Source of the DNA: Leidyana gryllorum EB-2025a
Taxonomy: Eukaryota > Protista > Apicomplexa
Reading direction: 5' to 3'
DNA: 46,823 nucleotides
Assembly (NCBI GenBank): GCA_048772705.1
Contig: JBLWGC010000226.1
Location: 1-46,823 of the forward strand
Made by a program: the position numbers and the translations under genes. Positions within the stretch are counted from its first letter, which is position 1; the number at the start of each line of letters is the position of its first letter. Positions 42,014-46,823 of the stretch are shown here, piece by piece. The notes under the pieces were generated by a model. It worked only from the letters and a program-made list of their open reading frames with translations, was not told the origin of the DNA and ran no database searches.

Positions 42014-42086
42014 TTCCACTGCCGGGACTTGAACCCGGATCATGCGGGTGAGAGCCGCATATCCTAGCCACTTAGACTACAGTGGA
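42014..42086 (-). tRNA. trnE: tRNA-Glu(CTC)
   Basis: Complete; one variable-loop change. Confidence 0.88.
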
Positions 42087-42279
42087 CAACTTCTTCAGCT
42101 GCAGCTTTGGACGAAAGCCGTACCATCTCGAGATGAGATCTTTTTGCACTTCCCCAGATTTGAAACCGCCTCGTATCGAGCGCGCCTCGTCTCAATGGCA
42201 CGGAAACATTCGAGCCCTTGACCGCATTTATTTCCAGTCCCAATGGCTTCACTCACTCTTTTGAATCTTGGTCGTGAAT

Positions 42280-42351
42280 GGTTCCGTGTCGTAGTGGTTA
42301 GCACTGGAGACTTTGAATCTCCCGACCTCGGTTCGATTCCCGGCGGGACCT
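42280..42351 (+). tRNA. trnQ: tRNA-Gln(TTG), divergent body
   Basis: GGTTCCG/CGGGACC acceptor (compensatory versus GGTTGCG/CGCGACC); other mismatches. Confidence 0.68.
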
Positions 42352-42648
42352 CGCAACTAGTCATCACTACGTCTTTAAACTTCGCAACTTCTCTTGGTCT
42401 GCGGAAAGCTTTCATGCAGCCATGGTCTAGTGGTTACGACGTCTGCTTAACACGCAGAAGGTCCCGACTTCGATCCTCGGTGGCTGTAGCTCGAACATGT
42501 GAAGTGAGCTCCACCCAAAGCGAGGAAACGTGCTGTCTTCGAGACAGGGCATCGAACCCGCGTCTTCCGCGTCTTCAACCCTAGAAGTCTTCCTTCTCGA
42601 GAACTTCACGGACAAAAACCGCGTGGAGCGACGAACCAACAAGACTGC

Positions 42649-42728
42649 GGCAAGATGGCCGAGTGGTCTAAGGGGCTGTGTTCAGGCCGCAGTCCGAAAG
42701 GGCGTGGGTTCGAATCCCACTCTTGTCA
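42649..42728 (+). tRNA. trnL: tRNA-Leu(CAG)
   Basis: 80 nt, one D-stem change. Confidence 0.8.
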
Positions 42729-43015
42729 GCCCGAACGGTAAAGCGCTCGCTGCGCATGGGTCGGTACCCAGGTCGTCCAATCTTACCGGAACTCGAGTTT
42801 GGCACCGCGGAGCACCCCGGATCTGCTTCCACAGAGAGGAAACGCGTGGTTGGCGGGAGCGTCACCGAGCTGGCAACATGGCCGAGTGGTCTGAGGGCAC
42901 GTGCGCAAGCCGCGGTCCGAATGGGCGTTCGTTCGAATCCCACTCTTGTCAGTCGTTGAATAGGCAGTCGGTCCCCTAAGTTCACTGATAGACCGTCGTT
43001 CAAGCTACATACGGC

Positions 43016-43086
43016 TGCACCTGCCGGGACTCGAACCCGGGTTACGACCTTGGAAGGGTCGCATCTTACCCTTAGACCACAAGTGC
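43016..43086 (-). tRNA. trnG: tRNA-Gly(TCC)
   Basis: Complete cloverleaf. Confidence 0.9.
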
Positions 43087-43309
43087 ATTTGCGAAAGAGC
43101 CGCAGCACCCCGAGAGATTCGGGCGATTTCTGCGTCGAGCTGTCTGCAACCTACAAAAAACGGACTGTTCGGGAATCGAATCGAACACTCCCCCAGGCGA
43201 GGGAAGAATATACCACTAGCACTTCAACTCGACATGGGCGGCAGTGGCTGCCCATACAGCTAGCAAGCTTGCCTCGGCCAAAACGGAACGGATTCCGAGT
43301 GAGAGGCTG

Positions 43310-43382
43310 TGGTGCGGATGGAACTCGAACCCACAACTCCCGGTTCCGAAGACCGATGCCCTATCCATCAGGCCACCGCACC
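43310..43382 (-). tRNA. trnR: tRNA-Arg(TCG), distinct body
   Basis: GGTGCGG/CCGCACC acceptor; TCGGT-CT-TCG-GA-ACCGG. Confidence 0.82.
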
Positions 43383-43892
43383 ATGGATAAGCTTCGGTCA
43401 TCTCGATACTGGTTGGGTGAAAGGAGTATTTGATCTCAAAACCTCCCCCAAACCGTTGTTAAAAGTGCAGCGAGTAAGACATGTCGCTGGCAACCTCGGG
43501 GCGGCACGGACGCGGCGCATTCTGATACTCGATGTGACGACCTCTTTGCCTCGCCGGCGGATCGAACACGGAACTTCCAAGTCTTGTCTAGCGCTCTCTA
43601 ACTGAGCTTCCTGCGCGCGAGAAAGTCATGGAGCGCGGTGAAGATGAGTGACCCACCGCATGTGCGAGCCAGTCTTGCCAAACCGTATGTGAAGCCGCTG
43701 GCCGCAAAATGCCGAGCTCGACAGATGGCAACTGGCCCGAGTGCTCAAGGTCTGAGTATGCACGCGGTCGGCCTCAATGTGGCGCCTGACTTTGCCAGCC
43801 TGTAACCCTGCACACCCCATAGCATTTAGTGGTTCTTGACATGTTATGACCAGTCTGCCGACTCTACCAGCAATTTGCACCACCGATCAGTC

Positions 43893-43964
43893 GGCTGTTT
43901 GGTCTAGTGGTATGATCCTTCCTTAGGGTGGAAGGAGTCCTGGGTTCGATTCCCAGAACAGCCC
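43893..43964 (+). tRNA. trnP: tRNA-Pro(AGG)
   Basis: Complete cloverleaf. Confidence 0.92.
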
Positions 43965-44675
43965 TCTTGGTCGTCGGTTACCCGACGGGACAAGTTGCCC
44001 TCAGAACCAGCACAGCCACCTCGTTGGTCCACCTCCGTAGGGCAGTCACGGCAACTAACATCTAGAGAATCGCATTTCGGCTAAGTCGACGACCTTGGAA
44101 AGGGGTTCCAAGAGCACAAACGCATCTTTCAGGTGAGCATCACGAAATCTAGAGCGGAAGACGACCTATCTCCGAGACCAGGAATCAAACCCGGGTCTTC
44201 CGCGTGACAGGCGGAAATACTAGCCACTACACTATCTCGGCCGCTCTGAACACGCCGGCCTCCAACCCAAAAGGTTCTTCCATTTTGTTGTGCAGACCCG
44301 TCGCATTTTGTTGATTCTCAACATAGTATGATCACTCTGGCGACTGTGCTCACCGGGTTGCACGACCGACAGGCGGCTGTCGGTCTAGTGGTATGATTCT
44401 TCATTCGGGTGCAAGAAGTCCTGGGTTCGGTTCCCAGAACAGCCCCGTTGGTCGTCGGTTGACCCGACGCTCCACCTCATCTCAAGATGGTACGGCTCTC
44501 ATCCGAAGCCTCAGCTCGGGCGCTCGTCCACTGTAGTACAAGTGGCTAGGATATGCGGATTTCACCCGCACGATCCGGGTTCAAGTCCCGGCAGTGGAAG
44601 TCATTGAACTGCTCGAGCAAAGTGCTCCAGTAATCTCCGTCAATAGTGACTCTTTCGTTATCTCCGCCCTGTATT

Positions 44676-44747
44676 GCCTTCTTAGCTTAGGGGCAGAGCA
44701 TTCGCTTAGTAAGCGAAAGGCCGCCGGTTCGATTCCGGCAGAAGGCT
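44676..44747 (+). tRNA. trnT: tRNA-Thr(AGT)
   Basis: Complete; one variable-loop change. Confidence 0.88.
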
Positions 44748-45038
44748 CGACTCCATCCACTGGGCACCTGCAAGCTTATCGCAAACTCCAATGATCGTAG
44801 CTGAGCCTCGTAGCTCAGCCATCAGAGGGTAAATCTCTTAGCCACGAAGCCGCAGGTTTGGAACCTGCCAGCACCTGAGGCACCCATAGGGGGCTGTTTG
44901 GTCTAGTTATATGATTCTTCTTTCGGGTGGAAGAAGTCCTGGGTTCGATTCCCAGAACAGCCCGCTTTGTTGTATCTTGACCCAACCTGCCTGACAGCAT
45001 GGTTCTGGGTTCGGGTGATTCTTCGGAGACAGTCGGGG

Positions 45039-45111
45039 GAGAGTGTAGCGCAGTCGGTAGCGCGTAGGTCTCATAATCCTGAAGTCGAGAGTTCGATCCT
45101 CTCCACTCCCA
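45039..45111 (+). tRNA. trnM: tRNA-Met(CAT) elongator, A2.C71 mismatch
   Basis: One difference from 30708-30780. Confidence 0.8.
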
Positions 45112-45441
45112 GGGTCGGAATCGAAATCGCCGACAAACTCATCATGCTATCGTTTTGCATCTGTCGGGAATCGCACACGGGTTATCTTGATGGCAGCGAG
45201 AGACTCTTCCACTAGACCACAGATGCAGAACACGATCCTGTTGACTCTTGTACCTGGTGACAGCCATTCTTTATAAGTCTATCGATGCATCAAAGCCTTC
45301 AGCCGGAATCGAACCGGCGACTTCTCGCTTACGGAGCAAACGCTCTGCCCCTAAACTAAGAAGCCAATGGAAGCCGGAGATGACGAAACAATCGCTATTG
45401 ACGGAAATTAGTGGAGCACTTTGCTCGAGTAGTTCAATGAC

Positions 45442-45514
45442 TTCCACTGCCGGGACTTGAACCCGGATCGTGCGGGTGAAAGCCGCATATCCTAGCCACT
45501 TAGACTACAGTGGA
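45442..45514 (-). tRNA. trnE: tRNA-Glu(TTC)
   Basis: Complete cloverleaf. Confidence 0.92.
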
Positions 45515-45595
45515 CGAGTGGTTGAGTTGGGGCTTCGGCCGAGAGCCGTACCCTCTTGATCTGAGGTGGAGCGTCGGGTCAACCGACAACCAACG

Positions 45596-45667
45596 GGGCT
45601 GTTCTGGGAATCGAACCCAGGACTTCTTCCACCCGAAGGAAGAATCATACCACTAGACCAAACAGCC
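45596..45667 (-). tRNA. trnP: tRNA-Pro(CGG)
   Basis: Complete cloverleaf immediately beside the second LTR. Confidence 0.92.
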
Positions 45668-45676
45668 GGCTGTCGG

Positions 45677-46490
45677 TGTTATTTGCCGTGCTCCCACTCT
45701 CCAGAACGATGGCTTGTCGTCCGAACCCTCCGTCCCGGGTATTCTGAAGGACATAGTTGGAAGAAATATTTCATGCATTGCGGACGAGCCGCACACGGAA
45801 AAGACAACACGAGGACTACCTGAGTCTTCCGGGGAAAAGACTTCTTGTATCCTGTTGTTGTAGAACTCTGACCGTCGCTCCTGTGTCCGTGTCCTCTCGC
45901 CGTCCGCTGCGACTCTACGCTGGCGTCGTCCAGCCTAGGGCTGTCCAACTGAGTAGTAGCTGTAGCCGTAGCGTCGAGCCAAAACCCCAATACCAGCTAG
46001 AGTCCGGACCCTAGTCGGGTCATCGAGGCGTACGTCCTGAGGGCGAGGTAGAGTACGCCGGGAGGTGACTGTAGGGCCAAGGGTCGTAGTCGGGACGGTA
46101 GCGTGTGGTAGCGGGCGTGTGTGTAGGTCGTAGTAGGGCACGGGCGTGGTAGTGGTAGCAGGGATTCCGTAGGTGATAGGTCGTCCCCCTTTTCAGAGGT
46201 ACTCCCTATATAAGTGCCAAATATGTAGGGAAGTATCTAGATGGATGTTCATCCCACTGGCGGAATCACATAGAGTCAGAATCCGGAACCCGATAGTGAG
46301 GCACCCGATAGTTATGGGACACACTCATAGGTTGAACGGGGACTCGGAGTCGAGCCTGCTGATCCACTCGCCCTACGACAGCACTACCACACTAAGCTTA
46401 GCTCTTCAGCTGATCAGTTCATGTTCTTGATCAGTTCATGTCGCTTGTGCTACCTTGAATCCGGTCGTACGCCCGACTGCGGATATAACA
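45677..46490 (+). mobile_element. Solo LTR (814 bp), inverted copy of 36747-37560
   Basis: TGTTAT...ATAACA; GTCGG TSD at 45672-45676 and 46491-46495; about four substitutions seen versus the first copy. Confidence 0.88.
46207..46213 (+). promoter_or_regulatory. Candidate TATA box within the LTR
   Basis: TATATAA about 530 bp into the 814 bp LTR, a plausible U3 promoter position. Confidence 0.4.
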
Positions 46491-46574
46491 GTCGGTCGAG
46501 CAACCCGCTGAGGACAGTTGAGATAGTGGTCATACGGTGTTGAGAACAAAAAAATGCGATGGGGTCTGCACAAG

Positions 46575-46647
46575 GGGCGACTAGCTCAAATGGTAGAGCG
46601 CTCGCTTAGCATGCGAGGCGTACTGGGATTGATGTCCAGGTCGTCTA
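46575..46647 (+). pseudogene. trnA: tRNA-Ala(AGC), degenerate 3' half
   Basis: Loop TT-AGC-AT; several T-arm and acceptor substitutions. Confidence 0.7.
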
Positions 46648-46823
46648 AACTCCGTAGTGCTGCAACTGCGGTATTTGACTACAGAGTTGAGAGCTATCCA
46701 GGGTGCCCCATAGCCCTTCTATAGACGTTGGCACCGCCGTATGTATGGAGGTTGCCTCAGAGCCCAGATCTCCGAATTTGTATTTGACAACCACACGCTC
46801 TGCCAACTAAGATACAAAAGCCA

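Larger units (their letters stand above)
1..46823. other. Dense scrambled tRNA gene/pseudogene super-cluster (all 20 amino acids + iMet)
   Basis: Cloverleaf units with A-box (TRGYNNARNGG) and B-box (GTTCRANNC) every ~150-300 bp on both strands throughout; no 3' CCA encoded; eukaryotic-type iMet, Ala and Tyr. Confidence 0.97.

Noticed and set aside
590-46430. All ORFs in the six-frame track (60-213 aa)
   Set aside because: They are translations of tRNA bodies (recurring GIEPG, GSIPG and VRFP motifs come from the B-box) or of the LTR; no recognisable domain is present, and their recurrence reflects DNA duplication.
1-46823. CRISPR array or bacterial/phage tRNA island
   Set aside because: Repeats are 71-84 nt cloverleaves on both strands with repeated spacers; eukaryotic hallmarks (iMet A1-U72/A54, A34 anticodons, Tyr intron, no encoded CCA); no cas or phage genes.
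1-46823. tRNA-derived SINE family
   Set aside because: Units span all isotypes, lack a common body, tail or TSD, and are copied as multi-gene DNA blocks.

Overview
This is eukaryotic nuclear DNA (~53-55% GC by eye) with no credible protein-coding gene. The whole window is a very dense tRNA-gene field. By manual reading there are well over 150 tRNA genes, pseudogenes and fragments on both strands, covering all 20 amino acids plus initiator Met (44 of the ~46 standard eukaryotic anticodons; Arg-CCT, Val-TAC and Sec were not seen). The array is a scrambled mosaic of direct and inverted 0.4-2 kb duplications, including a near-perfect 2.1 kb inverted repeat at the left end. Many junctions fall inside tRNA genes, and many spacers are themselves eroded tRNAs. 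Several structurally good tRNAs carry switched anticodons (Met body-GAT, Gly body-CCT, iMet body-CAC, Tyr body-GTG next to His body-GTA), and one damaged Gln body carries the amber anticodon CTA. The only clearly non-tRNA DNA is two ~99% identical 814 bp solo LTRs (TGTTAT...ATAACA, 5 bp TSD CCGAC), each sitting 9 bp upstream of an intact tRNA-Pro(CGG). From recall the tRNA bodies resemble alveolate (apicomplexan/dinoflagellate) tRNAs, which is unverified. All coordinates were read by hand; repeat boundaries are approximate and the tRNA list is not exhaustive.
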